Shown here piece after piece: positions 20,556 through 29,939 of a DNA stretch of 64,000 nucleotides. The position numbers were made by a program, and so were the translations under genes. Within the stretch, counting starts at the first letter, position 1; each line of letters starts with the position of its first letter. The notes below the pieces were generated by a model. That model searched no databases and was not told the DNA's origin. It saw only the letters and a program-made list of their open reading frames with translations. This DNA is from a bacterium (lineage in GTDB: Bacteria; UBA8248), in the NCBI GenBank assembly GCA_965200245.1, contig CBDATS010000005.1:768001-832000 (forward strand), read 5' to 3'.

Positions 20556-21548
20556 TCACACGCTCTCCCCCTCGAACACCGCCAAGAGTTCATGGGGCTC
20601 CACAACTGCAGTCCCCGCCTTCATCACCACCAGTCCAGCCGCGCGATTCGCTATCTCCGCCGCCTCGTGCATCGAGGCACCCGAAGCGAGCGAGAGCGTT
20701 AAAGCGGCGATTACCGTGTCCCCCGCCCCGGTCACATCGAGCACCTGTTCCGACCCATAGATGGGAATGTCCACTCCCGGAGAATCGCCCTCGAACAGCG
20801 TCATCCCCTTGTCGCCCCGGGTAAGCAGGACCGCCCGCGCGTCTGTTATTTCGAGCAAAGAAGTTCCCGCCTCATCCAGCCGATCCTTATCGGGCCGATA
20901 CCCGAGCAACCCTTCGGCTTCCTCCTCATTTGGCGTAATAGCCGTAGCCCCCGGAAACGAGTCTCCCGCATAGCGGCTATCCACCGTGACGATGAGTTCG
21001 CCGGATAACGCCCGCATAGCCTCCTTGACGCCCTTCGTCACCACGCCAAGTCCATAGTCCGAGATCAAAATAGCATCCAGCCCGTCATTTGCCATCCGCT
21101 TGATTTCACGCAACATCTGCGATTCGATTCTCTTGCCGAGTTCCAGTTTCTTTTCATGATCTACGCGGATCACCTGCTGACGCTTCGTGTTGCGTCCCCC
21201 CGCCATAATGCGTGTCTTCCTGGGAGTGACACGCCCGGAATCTTTCCATAAAAACCCGGTGTCGATTCGGCGGCCGCCCATCGCGTGAAGGATCGCTTCG
21301 CCCACTTCATCGGCCCCCAGCGCGCCGACGGCCCACACGTTCCCGCCCAGAGCTGCCGCATTCATCGCTGCATTGCCGCCACCGCCGGGAACGATCTCTC
21401 GATCTATAAAATCCAGAACGAGCACGGGCGCTTCGCGGCTGATGCGCGATGTGGCACCGTGGATGAACTCATCCGCAATGAAATCACCGATTACTGCCAT
21501 GCGGATGGACGAGAATTTTTGGATGTAACCTGCCAGATGCGCATCCAT
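20556..21548 (-). CDS. hldA: D-glycero-beta-D-manno-heptose-7-phosphate kinase (stand-alone RfaE domain I)
   Basis: RISREAPV, GGGGNAAMN, SDYGLG, TPNEEEA, DVTGAGDTV. Confidence 0.9.
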   Translation of the reverse strand: MDAHLAGYIQKFSSIRMAVIGDFIADEFIHGATSRISREAPVLVLDFIDREIVPGGGGNAAMNAAALGGNVWAVGALGADEVGEAILHAMGGRRIDTGFLWKDSGRVTPRKTRIMAGGRNTKRQQVIRVDHEKKLELGKRIESQMLREIKRMANDGLDAILISDYGLGVVTKGVKEAMRALSGELIVTVDSRYAGDSFPGATAITPNEEEAEGLLGYRPDKDRLDEAGTSLLEITDARAVLLTRGDKGMTLFEGDSPGVDIPIYGSEQVLDVTGAGDTVIAALTLSLASGASMHEAAEIANRAAGLVVMKAGTAVVEPHELLAVFEGESV

Positions 21549-21549
21549 G

Positions 21550-22152
21550 CTAGTGATTCCCAGTCTCGCGCAAGATGAGTTCTACAGCATGGTAGGCGTC
21601 TTCCGCCACGAAATCAGGTTGCCGGGGCCACTGTGCTCCGCGAAGTTCCCGCTCCCCCCGGCCATACCCCGAGAGCACAAGACCAGACCTGCAACCCGCG
21701 CGCCAGCCCGCTTCCAGATCGGAATACTTGTCTCCCAGCATGACGGATTTCTCCAAGTCGACATCGTGTTCCTCAGCCGCCTTGAGGATCATGCCAGGAT
21801 AGGGCTTGCGCATTTTGCAATCAATCGCGTAATCGAGGTCGTCTCCACTCGGAACGTGGGGACAATAGTAGACGGCGTCGAGCCGCGCGCTCTTAGCGCC
21901 CAGTTCATCCTGAAGCTTTCGATGCACCTTTTCGATCATTGTTTCAGGGAAGTAACCCCGCGCCACGCCAGCCTGATTCGTGATCAGGATGGCGAGCCAG
22001 CCCGCCTCGTTCACTTTCCGCACAGCCGCTGCCGCTCTCGGGAGGAGTTCGTACACATCAAGATGAGTAACGTAGCCAACGTCACGATTCAAAGTTCCGT
22101 CCCTGTCGAAAAACACGGCCGGTATTTCGCCTGACCTTTTTTCATTGCCCAT
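21550..22152 (-). CDS. gmhB: D-glycero-D-manno-heptose-1,7-bisphosphate phosphatase
   Basis: FFDRDGTL, TNQAGVARG, YCPH...CKMRKP..GM, GDK..D. Confidence 0.93.
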   Translation of the reverse strand: MGNEKRSGEIPAVFFDRDGTLNRDVGYVTHLDVYELLPRAAAAVRKVNEAGWLAILITNQAGVARGYFPETMIEKVHRKLQDELGAKSARLDAVYYCPHVPSGDDLDYAIDCKMRKPYPGMILKAAEEHDVDLEKSVMLGDKYSDLEAGWRAGCRSGLVLSGYGRGERELRGAQWPRQPDFVAEDAYHAVELILRETGNH

Positions 22153-22360
22153 TCTTGCTTATCCTTCGTTTTTCGTTCAGCAATCCGGCGACTTCACTCG
22201 CCATCTGTTCGTTTCATGCAATCGTGATTAGTCAAAAGGGTATGTTCTCGCGTAACTCGGGGGACAATCGAGGGCCCTTGCGCATGTCCCGTTTCCATGG
22301 GCCTCTCGGCGTCGTTTGACGATAATCCGTGGGTCCGAACAGTGCAATCGTCGCCTCACC
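22142..22360 (-). pseudogene. C-terminal remnant of a GT9 heptosyltransferase (probably heptosyltransferase II, waaF)
   Basis: Reads TIALFGPTDYRQTTPRGPW, then NHDCMK after a frameshift; ends in a stop overlapping the gmhB start; the 5' part is missing. Confidence 0.7.
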
Positions 22361-22516
22361 TTGAATCACGGGGAAAAAACCAAAACCCCATTTCTTTCAA
22401 CGCTATCAACCAGCGTTACAGGCGTCAATGAACATGAAAACACGCTTTGCAATCCGCCAATCGCTCATATAGTGTGATGAGAACCCATCAAGACACCACA
22501 TCCCAGAGGGTTTCAC

Positions 22517-23734
22517 TTGAAGACATTGCACCGATATATCCTAGGTGAATTGGTGTCCTATCTTCTCATATCCTTGTTCTTCCTCACGTTCGTCCTCTTG
22601 TTGCACAAAATGTTTCAATTCACGGATTTGGTAGTGAACCGTGGAGTGCCGATCACCATTGTGGCGCAATTTCTTATCGCCGCCCTGCCTGTACTGCTCT
22701 CCGTCACCCTGCTTATGTCCATTCTCATTTCGAGCATCATGGTGTTCAGCCGCATGTCGAGCGACAGCGAATCGCTCGCGATGACCGCCTCGGGCATGAC
22801 TTTTTACTCACAACTCATCCCCGTGGCGGCCGTGGGGACAGTTGCAGCCGTCCTGAACGGATTTCTCATGGTGTTCGGCCTGCCCTGGAGTCACGACTTC
22901 ACCTCGGAACTCGGAAAGCGAATGCTTCATAGCAGGGTCGCCGCCTTCGATCTCAGAGAACAGGTTTTTCACAGCCAGTTCGATGGAGTCATGTTCTACG
23001 TGCAAAAAACCGAAGACTCGGGCAAGACGATGAAAGGCATCATCATTTCAGACACCAGAGAGGCCGGTACCAACCGGGTCATCTTCGCGGAACGCGGTAT
23101 GCTCATCAAATCGAAAGCATCCTCCGGAATTTGGCTGCGCCTCGTCGGAGGAACCGTCCACACCGTCAGCAGCTCAGAGAAAATTCCCGAGGACATAACT
23201 GATACGAGTGAAGATTTCTCTTACTCGGGAGACCACTATCAAATCGCGCGCTTCGAGAACTACGACCTCAATTTCGATTTCGCGCAATCCATCGGTAAAT
23301 CGAAAGCACTCAGGAGAAGCCTGCGATCCTTTCCCGTCGATGAACTCAGAAACAAATTGAAACAACACGAGCCGGGAACGGGCAGATACAACGCCATTCT
23401 CGTCGAATTGCAAAAGAAATTCGCGGCGCCTTTCACTTGTCTCTTGCTGGCGTTGGTGGGAGCACCGCTCGGCGTGCGGAACAGACGATCGGGACGACAC
23501 GGCGGCTTTGCCCTGAGCCTGGGTGTTATGATTCTCTATTACATGCTCGTCACCTTCGCCGAAGGCTTGGCGGAAAGCGGAAACATGACCGTTTCAGTCG
23601 CCGTATGGGGCCCGAACGCGTTGCTGGCCATTCTCGCCGGTTATCTGGTGCAAACCGTCGGACGGCGCGGCGCCATCAACACCTGGAGTCTGCTGTCGAA
23701 ACCCTTCTCCTTGTTCATCCGGCAAAAAACGTAA
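22517..23734 (+). CDS. lptF: LPS export ABC permease LptF
   Basis: TLHRYI, RMSSDSE..AM..SG, ELQKKFA.P, WGPN. Confidence 0.9.
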   Translation: MKTLHRYILGELVSYLLISLFFLTFVLLLHKMFQFTDLVVNRGVPITIVAQFLIAALPVLLSVTLLMSILISSIMVFSRMSSDSESLAMTASGMTFYSQLIPVAAVGTVAAVLNGFLMVFGLPWSHDFTSELGKRMLHSRVAAFDLREQVFHSQFDGVMFYVQKTEDSGKTMKGIIISDTREAGTNRVIFAERGMLIKSKASSGIWLRLVGGTVHTVSSSEKIPEDITDTSEDFSYSGDHYQIARFENYDLNFDFAQSIGKSKALRRSLRSFPVDELRNKLKQHEPGTGRYNAILVELQKKFAAPFTCLLLALVGAPLGVRNRRSGRHGGFALSLGVMILYYMLVTFAEGLAESGNMTVSVAVWGPNALLAILAGYLVQTVGRRGAINTWSLLSKPFSLFIRQKT

Positions 23735-23743
23735 AATCCCGCC

Positions 23744-24832
23744 ATGAGCATACTAGAACGCTACATATTGAAGCAGTTCTTCAAAATGGCGTTTCTTTGC
23801 CAATCGGGAGCCATCACTCTTTTCCTCATCGCGGAGTTCATCGAGCGAATCGACGATTTCATCGAAGAGAACGCGACGCTGACCGACGGGACGCTTTATT
23901 TTCTTTTCAAAATACCCCATCTCGTCTTTCTCTCCGTTCCGCTCACCGTTCTTCTGTCGAGCACGTTAACGCTGATCCTTTTCTCCAGGGAGAACGAGGT
24001 TCTCGCCATGCGCGCAGGTGGCCTGAGCCTATTCCGAATCATTGCGCCCATCCTCATCGCCAGCCTGGGGATCAGCTTTCTCACTTTCGGAGCGAATGAA
24101 TACATCGTTCCGTTCACCAACGAGCGCGTGGAATACATCTGGCGGGTCAAAATCAAGAAAACCGGGCCGCAAACGCATTCACAGAGAGGAAAAATCTGGT
24201 ACCGTTCGAAAGACGGCTCCATCTGGCGCATCACACACTACGATCCATTATCCAAAACAATGAGAGGCGTCACCCTGTACCGAATGGACGGGCGAAACCG
24301 CCTGAAGCAGCGCATTGACGCAGCCGAGGCGGTTTGGACGCCTGTGGAAAAACATTGGGAATTCCGCAAAGGTTTCATCCACGACTTTGCGGGCGAAGGA
24401 AAAATCAAGCAACAAACCTTTCAAAGAAAAGTTTTCGCGCTCGAAGAAGTGCCCAAGAACTTCGAAAAAACAGGCGCGAACCCAGAGACGATGAATTATC
24501 AGGAACTTGGTCGCTACATCAAAGACTTGCGCGACCGCGGCGCAAACACCACCCGCTACGCCGTAGACTTGTGGGCGAAAGTTTCCGCTCCATTCATTTG
24601 TTTCGTATTGGCCATTGTGGGTGTGCCTTTCTCCATACGAAGCAGCAGAAGCGGAGGAGCCGCCCTGGGTGTCGCCACTGCCATCGGAATCGGCGCCGTC
24701 TATCTCGTTCTTTTCCACGCGAGCCTGTCGTTCGGACACGCCGGACGCCTGCCGCCCATCCTGGCGGCATGGGGACCGAATGCAATTTTCCTCGCGGGAG
24801 GGGCCTATCTGCTCGCTTCCATCAGAACGTGA
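23744..24832 (+). CDS. lptG: LPS export ABC permease LptG
   Basis: ILERYI, ENEVLAMRAGG, PETMN..EL, LPPILAAWGPN. Confidence 0.9.
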   Translation: MSILERYILKQFFKMAFLCQSGAITLFLIAEFIERIDDFIEENATLTDGTLYFLFKIPHLVFLSVPLTVLLSSTLTLILFSRENEVLAMRAGGLSLFRIIAPILIASLGISFLTFGANEYIVPFTNERVEYIWRVKIKKTGPQTHSQRGKIWYRSKDGSIWRITHYDPLSKTMRGVTLYRMDGRNRLKQRIDAAEAVWTPVEKHWEFRKGFIHDFAGEGKIKQQTFQRKVFALEEVPKNFEKTGANPETMNYQELGRYIKDLRDRGANTTRYAVDLWAKVSAPFICFVLAIVGVPFSIRSSRSGGAALGVATAIGIGAVYLVLFHASLSFGHAGRLPPILAAWGPNAIFLAGGAYLLASIRT

Positions 24833-24841
24833 TGTGGTCGT

Positions 24842-25927
24842 TCAATCTGAAAACGCCATTTTCTCGATTAAGTCACTCAGACTCACCTCATCGTCAATCC
24901 GCATCACTACACGAAGGACACGAAACGGTGCTTTGCTGAGCAAAGAAGACAGCTTCACCGCATCCTTTTCGGTGGTCAGAATGAATTCGGCCCCTGTGTC
25001 CTGCAACGACGAAACGATCCGCACTCCATCTGCCAGCGCGTAATTGGCATGATCCGGATATTCGTGATGCGCCAGCACCTCGGCATCCAGCGATTCAAGC
25101 AACTTCTCGAAGCCACGCGGATTCCCCAACCCGCTCACGGCGACGACCTTGACACCTCTCAAATCCTCCGGTGCGCCCGCTATCTCCCCTCGTGCATCCA
25201 GGAGCGCATCAGGCGCAAGATGTCCCGTGAAAATCGGAACATCCGGTGCAAGGGAGTGAATTTCCGATCTCGTTTGAGCACAGCACTCACCCGTCACCAA
25301 TACAACATTTGCACGCCCCAAAGCCGAAACGGGCTCCCGAAGAACGCCTGCGGGAACCACCCTGCCGTTTCCAAAAGGAAAATCCCCGCGCAAAACCACC
25401 ACGTCCACGTCGCGGTCAAGCGCCAAATGCTGGAACCCGTCGTCGAGCACGACGACATCGGCCTCGAATTCTTCCACCGCTTTTTCCGCAACGAAAGAAC
25501 GCTCGGCACCCGTCAAAACGACGAGGTCAGGATAGCGTCGCGCGAGCATCGCCGCCTCATCCGCGGCCGGCGGCGAGGTCATGAGGCTTCCCTTTCCGTC
25601 GCCCACGACCAGCACGTCCCTGGGCCTCGCGCCATAGCCCCTGCTCACGATAGCGGGTCTTCTTCCCTGCAAGGCCAGTTTTTCCGCCAGCCATGCGACC
25701 GTGGGCGTCTTGCCCGTCCCTCCGAGAGTGAGGTTGCCAATCGAAATGACGGGCGCAGGGTTTTTCGCGACACGGACTTTCCCTGTTTCATAGCGCCTGC
25801 GTCGACTCGCCATGGCGGCACCGTAGATACTTCCCAGTGGAGACAGGCTCTTCGCCAAGGCATGAGACCAGGCAGGGGAGGAGGGGTCGCTCTCCCAGGC
25901 CTTTAGAATCGAGCGCCGAAAACTCAT
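24842..25927 (-). CDS. lpxK: Tetraacyldisaccharide 4'-kinase
   Basis: ISIGNLTLGGTGKTP, SRGYG, LDDGFQH, PAGVLRE, TTEKDAVK. Confidence 0.95.
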   Translation of the reverse strand: MSFRRSILKAWESDPSSPAWSHALAKSLSPLGSIYGAAMASRRRRYETGKVRVAKNPAPVISIGNLTLGGTGKTPTVAWLAEKLALQGRRPAIVSRGYGARPRDVLVVGDGKGSLMTSPPAADEAAMLARRYPDLVVLTGAERSFVAEKAVEEFEADVVVLDDGFQHLALDRDVDVVVLRGDFPFGNGRVVPAGVLREPVSALGRANVVLVTGECCAQTRSEIHSLAPDVPIFTGHLAPDALLDARGEIAGAPEDLRGVKVVAVSGLGNPRGFEKLLESLDAEVLAHHEYPDHANYALADGVRIVSSLQDTGAEFILTTEKDAVKLSSLLSKAPFRVLRVVMRIDDEVSLSDLIEKMAFSD

Positions 25928-27195
25928 GAAGTTCCCCCGCACGATTCCTCAAGAACCTGAACGATGTATTTCGTGGTTCGTTCAGAAGCGCCCCGGTTGT
26001 TCTCCACCACACGGCGTGCGGCCTCGCCCGCTGTTTTTCGCGCCTTCGGATCTTCCAGCCATTCCATGATGGCAGCTTCCAGATTCTCCCGCCCGTCCAA
26101 TTGAACCGCGCCGCCTTGTTTGACCATCTCACGCGTTACCTCGGCAAAATTCTCCATGTGGGGACCACACAGGCACGGCGCGGCACAGCGGGCCGCTTCT
26201 ATCGGGTTCTGACCCCCATGCGGAATGAAACTTCCCCCTATGATGGCCATCGCCGCACATCCATAGGCGCCCGCGAGTTCTCCCATCATGTCCAGGATGA
26301 CCACCCGATGCCCAGTGTCCGTACTCTCGATGTGACTCCAACGCACGGTAGAGAGTCCTGCATCTCGAAGGTCCGCTTCCACTTGGGCCACCCGATTCAA
26401 GTGGCGCGGCGCGAGAAGAAGGCCGACACCCGGCATTTTCCGCTGAACGGAGGCGAGAACCGATCCAATCAGTTTCTCTTCTCCGGGGTGCGTGCTGCCC
26501 GCCACGATGATTTGCTCGCACGCGCCCAACCCGTACCCACCATGCGGAGGCTCCTGCGGGGACAATGGCGCATCGTATTTCACGTTTCCAGAAACACGCA
26601 CGGCAACTGCGCCCAATCCCGAGAATCGTCCGGCGTCCTCTTCCCCTCGCGCCAGCACGTCCATTACACGCTCGAGAATCGGAGCAAAGAAGAATCGAAA
26701 ACGCCTGTAGCGAAGATATGACCGTTCGGAAAGCCGCCCATTGACGATCGAAACGGGGATGTTGCACCTCGCTGTCTCCGTGATGAGATTCGGCCAAATT
26801 TCCGTCTCAATGATCGCAAGCATCGACGGTCGGATGCGCATCAATGCAGCACGGACGAGAGGAGGAAAATCCAGCGGCAAATAGATGAGTTGCTCGACGC
26901 CCGATATTTTTTTCGCCTCGTTTCTTCCCGTTTGCGTCACCGTGGAAATAACGACCCTGAGCTCTGGCTTTATTCTCAAAAGCGCAGGTACCAGGACAGC
27001 TGCCACGCCCACTTCCCCCACAGAGACGGCATGCAGCCAAAGACGGCCTTCCGCCGAATCAGGCAGTTCGGGAGGAAACCCGAATCTTTCACGAACGGCG
27101 CGCAATTCGAACCCGCGAAGCCACAAACGGACGAAAAAATATACGAGCAACGCCGGAGAAACGAAAAGAAGAACGAGGTTATAGAGAAACAGCAT
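25924..27195 (-). CDS. waaA: 3-deoxy-D-manno-octulosonate (Kdo) transferase
   Basis: WLHAVSVGE, ETEIWPN, GNVKYD, GSTHPGE, APRH, GGQNPIE. Confidence 0.95.
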   Translation of the reverse strand: MLFLYNLVLLFVSPALLVYFFVRLWLRGFELRAVRERFGFPPELPDSAEGRLWLHAVSVGEVGVAAVLVPALLRIKPELRVVISTVTQTGRNEAKKISGVEQLIYLPLDFPPLVRAALMRIRPSMLAIIETEIWPNLITETARCNIPVSIVNGRLSERSYLRYRRFRFFFAPILERVMDVLARGEEDAGRFSGLGAVAVRVSGNVKYDAPLSPQEPPHGGYGLGACEQIIVAGSTHPGEEKLIGSVLASVQRKMPGVGLLLAPRHLNRVAQVEADLRDAGLSTVRWSHIESTDTGHRVVILDMMGELAGAYGCAAMAIIGGSFIPHGGQNPIEAARCAAPCLCGPHMENFAEVTREMVKQGGAVQLDGRENLEAAIMEWLEDPKARKTAGEAARRVVENNRGASERTTKYIVQVLEESCGGTS

Positions 27196-27202
27196 GAGCG
27201 GC

Positions 27203-27934
27203 CTACTTCCTCGATCTATTCTTCAGGTGGTATTGCGCCTCCTCGCTCGCATGAATCAACCGGTTTTCAATTTCCACGCGCATCTCTTCCAAGGTTCCTT
27301 TGTCCCGGGTGCGGGGAACATCCAGAGGCTCTGCACAGCAAGCAACGATTCTCCCAAACGGCAATGGGAGAATCGTCTTGTCCCACGTGGGGAAGGTGAA
27401 GAAGCGCGACGCCGCGAAAGCGACCGGACAAACCGGATACCCCGTGATGCTTGCCAAGGACACAACTCCCTTTTTCACCCGCTGCGGAGGGCCCTTCGGT
27501 CCATCTGGTGTAATCAGAAGATGGTGTTCCCCCTTCTTTGCCACTCTGACCATCTGCCGAATCGCAGAGGACCCACCTTTATCCGTTCCATCCACAGATG
27601 AGGAAGATCCTCTCACGCAATGAACCTTGAGCCACGCCAGGAACTGGGTCACCAATTCTCCGTCCCGGCTTCTGCTCGCCATGCCCGTGTAGTGATAATG
27701 ACCCGGGAAAAAAAAAGGGACCAGACCCAAATGATGATGCCAGTACGCCCAGATGAATTTTTCATCGAGCCTCAAGCGTATTTTCTCATTCGCTTCCGTT
27801 TTCGGAAAAATTTTCGAGGAGGTAGCTGAAACCGCTTTAAGATAACCTGCGATGATCGCGCCGCCCAACCACGCCGAAAGCGGCGCATCGGGATTCCTGC
27901 CCCATTCATCATAAGCGACCGACTCATCATCCAT
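27203..27934 (-). CDS. DUF374 lysophospholipid acyltransferase family protein (LpxJ-like)
   Basis: WH, SRSRDGE, VRGSS, TPDGPKGP, WDK...PLPF. Confidence 0.85.
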   Translation of the reverse strand: MDDESVAYDEWGRNPDAPLSAWLGGAIIAGYLKAVSATSSKIFPKTEANEKIRLRLDEKFIWAYWHHHLGLVPFFFPGHYHYTGMASRSRDGELVTQFLAWLKVHCVRGSSSSVDGTDKGGSSAIRQMVRVAKKGEHHLLITPDGPKGPPQRVKKGVVSLASITGYPVCPVAFAASRFFTFPTWDKTILPLPFGRIVACCAEPLDVPRTRDKGTLEEMRVEIENRLIHASEEAQYHLKNRSRK

Positions 27935-29114
27935 CCTGTATATCCTGTATTTCAAAACCGAGTTCCGCCGCGATATGCCCTGCTGCGCACGCATAGGGAT
28001 CCTCCCCTTCCAGGGCGTTACGGATTCTGTCGAAATCCCTGATTTGCCTTGCTCTCACGTCATCGTCCAGAAGCACTCCCCTCAATGCGTCCGCAATGGG
28101 CTGCGCGCGCACCTGTTTCTGGTGCAACTCAGGAACCGCCTCGTAGCCAGACAACAAATTCACAAGGCTAATATAGTCCACCTGAACCAGAAAATACTTG
28201 GCCAGCGTATGCGAAAGAATATCCGTCGCGTAGAGAACGACCATGGGCACACCAAGGAGAGCCGTCTCGAGAGAGGCCGTGCCGCTCGCCACAACCACGG
28301 CGTCGGCTGCGCGAATCACCGCCGGGGCGTCGCCCCGAACTACCCGTATCTCGACTCCGGACGTGCGAAGATGCTTCGCAACGTAGTCTTCGGGCAATGA
28401 CATCGCCTCCGAAATGAAAAAGCGCACCCCCGGTATTTGCGTATGGATGAGCTTTGCCGCATCCACCATGGCATTCAGATGAAAGTCGATTTCCTTGCGC
28501 CGGCTGCCGGGGAGAAGCGAGACCACCTTGTCACACATCGCTACGCCGAGTGAGCGACGGGCGATTTCTTTCGAAGGCGCGTTACGAAGCTCGTAGGCGA
28601 TGGGATTGCCGATGAAGAAGGCCCTCCCGCCCAGGTCATTGAAAATCCGGGGTTCGAACGGAAATATGTTCAGGGCCAGATCGAAAAGGTCCGCGATTGC
28701 GCGGGCGCGGCCTCTCCACCACGCCCATACCTGGGGCGTGATGAAATAGATGCTCTTGGGCGGTTGCCGCAGTCTGCGCATCGTACGTGCGCAGGAGAGA
28801 TTAAAGCCTGGATAATCGACGAAAATCACGGCACCCGGCTTGTCATCCTCAATCTTCCGCATCAAGTGTTTCTTGATTCTTTTCAGTTTGGGATACACAC
28901 GGGGAATCCCGGCAAACCCGACAATGGAGATGTCGCCGATGTCGTGCATGAGATCGACACCCGCCTCGGCCATCAATGGCCCTCCCATCCCGTAAAACTG
29001 CAGGTCGGGAATTTCAGCCCGAAGCACCTTCACGAGGTTCGCGGCATGAACGTCTCCGGACGGTTCTCCGGCGAGCACCATGACATTGTTCGCCAAGCAC
29101 TCATCCTTGTTCAT
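27927..29114 (-). CDS. lpxB: Lipid-A-disaccharide synthase
   Basis: AGEPSGD, DYPGFN, PQVWAW, LLPGSR..E, SGTASLE. Confidence 0.95.
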   Translation of the reverse strand: MNKDECLANNVMVLAGEPSGDVHAANLVKVLRAEIPDLQFYGMGGPLMAEAGVDLMHDIGDISIVGFAGIPRVYPKLKRIKKHLMRKIEDDKPGAVIFVDYPGFNLSCARTMRRLRQPPKSIYFITPQVWAWWRGRARAIADLFDLALNIFPFEPRIFNDLGGRAFFIGNPIAYELRNAPSKEIARRSLGVAMCDKVVSLLPGSRRKEIDFHLNAMVDAAKLIHTQIPGVRFFISEAMSLPEDYVAKHLRTSGVEIRVVRGDAPAVIRAADAVVVASGTASLETALLGVPMVVLYATDILSHTLAKYFLVQVDYISLVNLLSGYEAVPELHQKQVRAQPIADALRGVLLDDDVRARQIRDFDRIRNALEGEDPYACAAGHIAAELGFEIQDIQDG

Positions 29115-29931
29115 TTTCCTGCCAACCGACAATGACGATGCCACTTGCGTCGGCTTCCCGCACCAGGCGTTCCCGGTCGATGAGAAATGTTCGCTCCGCC
29201 TCCAGGATCAATACAGAAGCGCCGCCTTCGCGCATCGCCTGAAGGGTTTCAGGTCCCACAGCGGGCACGTCATAGCGCAAGTCCTGCTCAGGACGCGCCA
29301 CCTTGCAGACGACAGCCCCCTTCCCAGCGAGAGCACAACCCCTGCGAATCGCCTCGTTCGTGCCCTCTACGCCTTCCACTGCGGCCACAGTACCCTTGTG
29401 GACCACTACGGTTTGGCCGATGTCCAGGGCCGCGACACTCCGCGCCATCCGAAACGCGTATTGCACGTCTTTTCGCCGACTCCGGCGCAACCTCTTTTTT
29501 GTGATGCTTCCGTGCGGGGCGATGAGATGCGCGAGATACTCCGTCTGGGGAGCTACCCGCATTCCGTTTTCCTCTACGAACTCGATCACGGCGTCCATGA
29601 TCGTCGCATCGGCCGTGTTTTTCGCATTTTTCATGAAGCGCAAAGCTGTCATGTCGAAACGCAGGGACTGAAACAAAAGGCTTTTCTCGACCTTGCCCAC
29701 AAGTCCGATTTCCTCGACACCCTCATCCTTGAAAAAGCGGATAATTCTGTTCGGCTGGGTGGGAGGGATATGGGCGATGGAATCGGCCTGCCCGCAAAGC
29801 ACTTGTTCGACCTCGGGCAACAAGGCCACCACCGATACGCGTTTGCCCCGCCTTTTCGCACACGACACGAACTCCGAAGACAACCCGCCCGAACCTGCGA
29901 CGAGGCCCATTCTATCTAGGGAATCCAGCAT
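29101..29931 (-). CDS. lpxI: UDP-2,3-diacylglucosamine diphosphatase LpxI
   Basis: GLVAGSG, DIGQTVVV, AVEGVEGT, QDLRYDVPAVG. Confidence 0.93.
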   Translation of the reverse strand: MLDSLDRMGLVAGSGGLSSEFVSCAKRRGKRVSVVALLPEVEQVLCGQADSIAHIPPTQPNRIIRFFKDEGVEEIGLVGKVEKSLLFQSLRFDMTALRFMKNAKNTADATIMDAVIEFVEENGMRVAPQTEYLAHLIAPHGSITKKRLRRSRRKDVQYAFRMARSVAALDIGQTVVVHKGTVAAVEGVEGTNEAIRRGCALAGKGAVVCKVARPEQDLRYDVPAVGPETLQAMREGGASVLILEAERTFLIDRERLVREADASGIVIVGWQENEQG

Positions 29932-29939
29932 GGGAGGCT

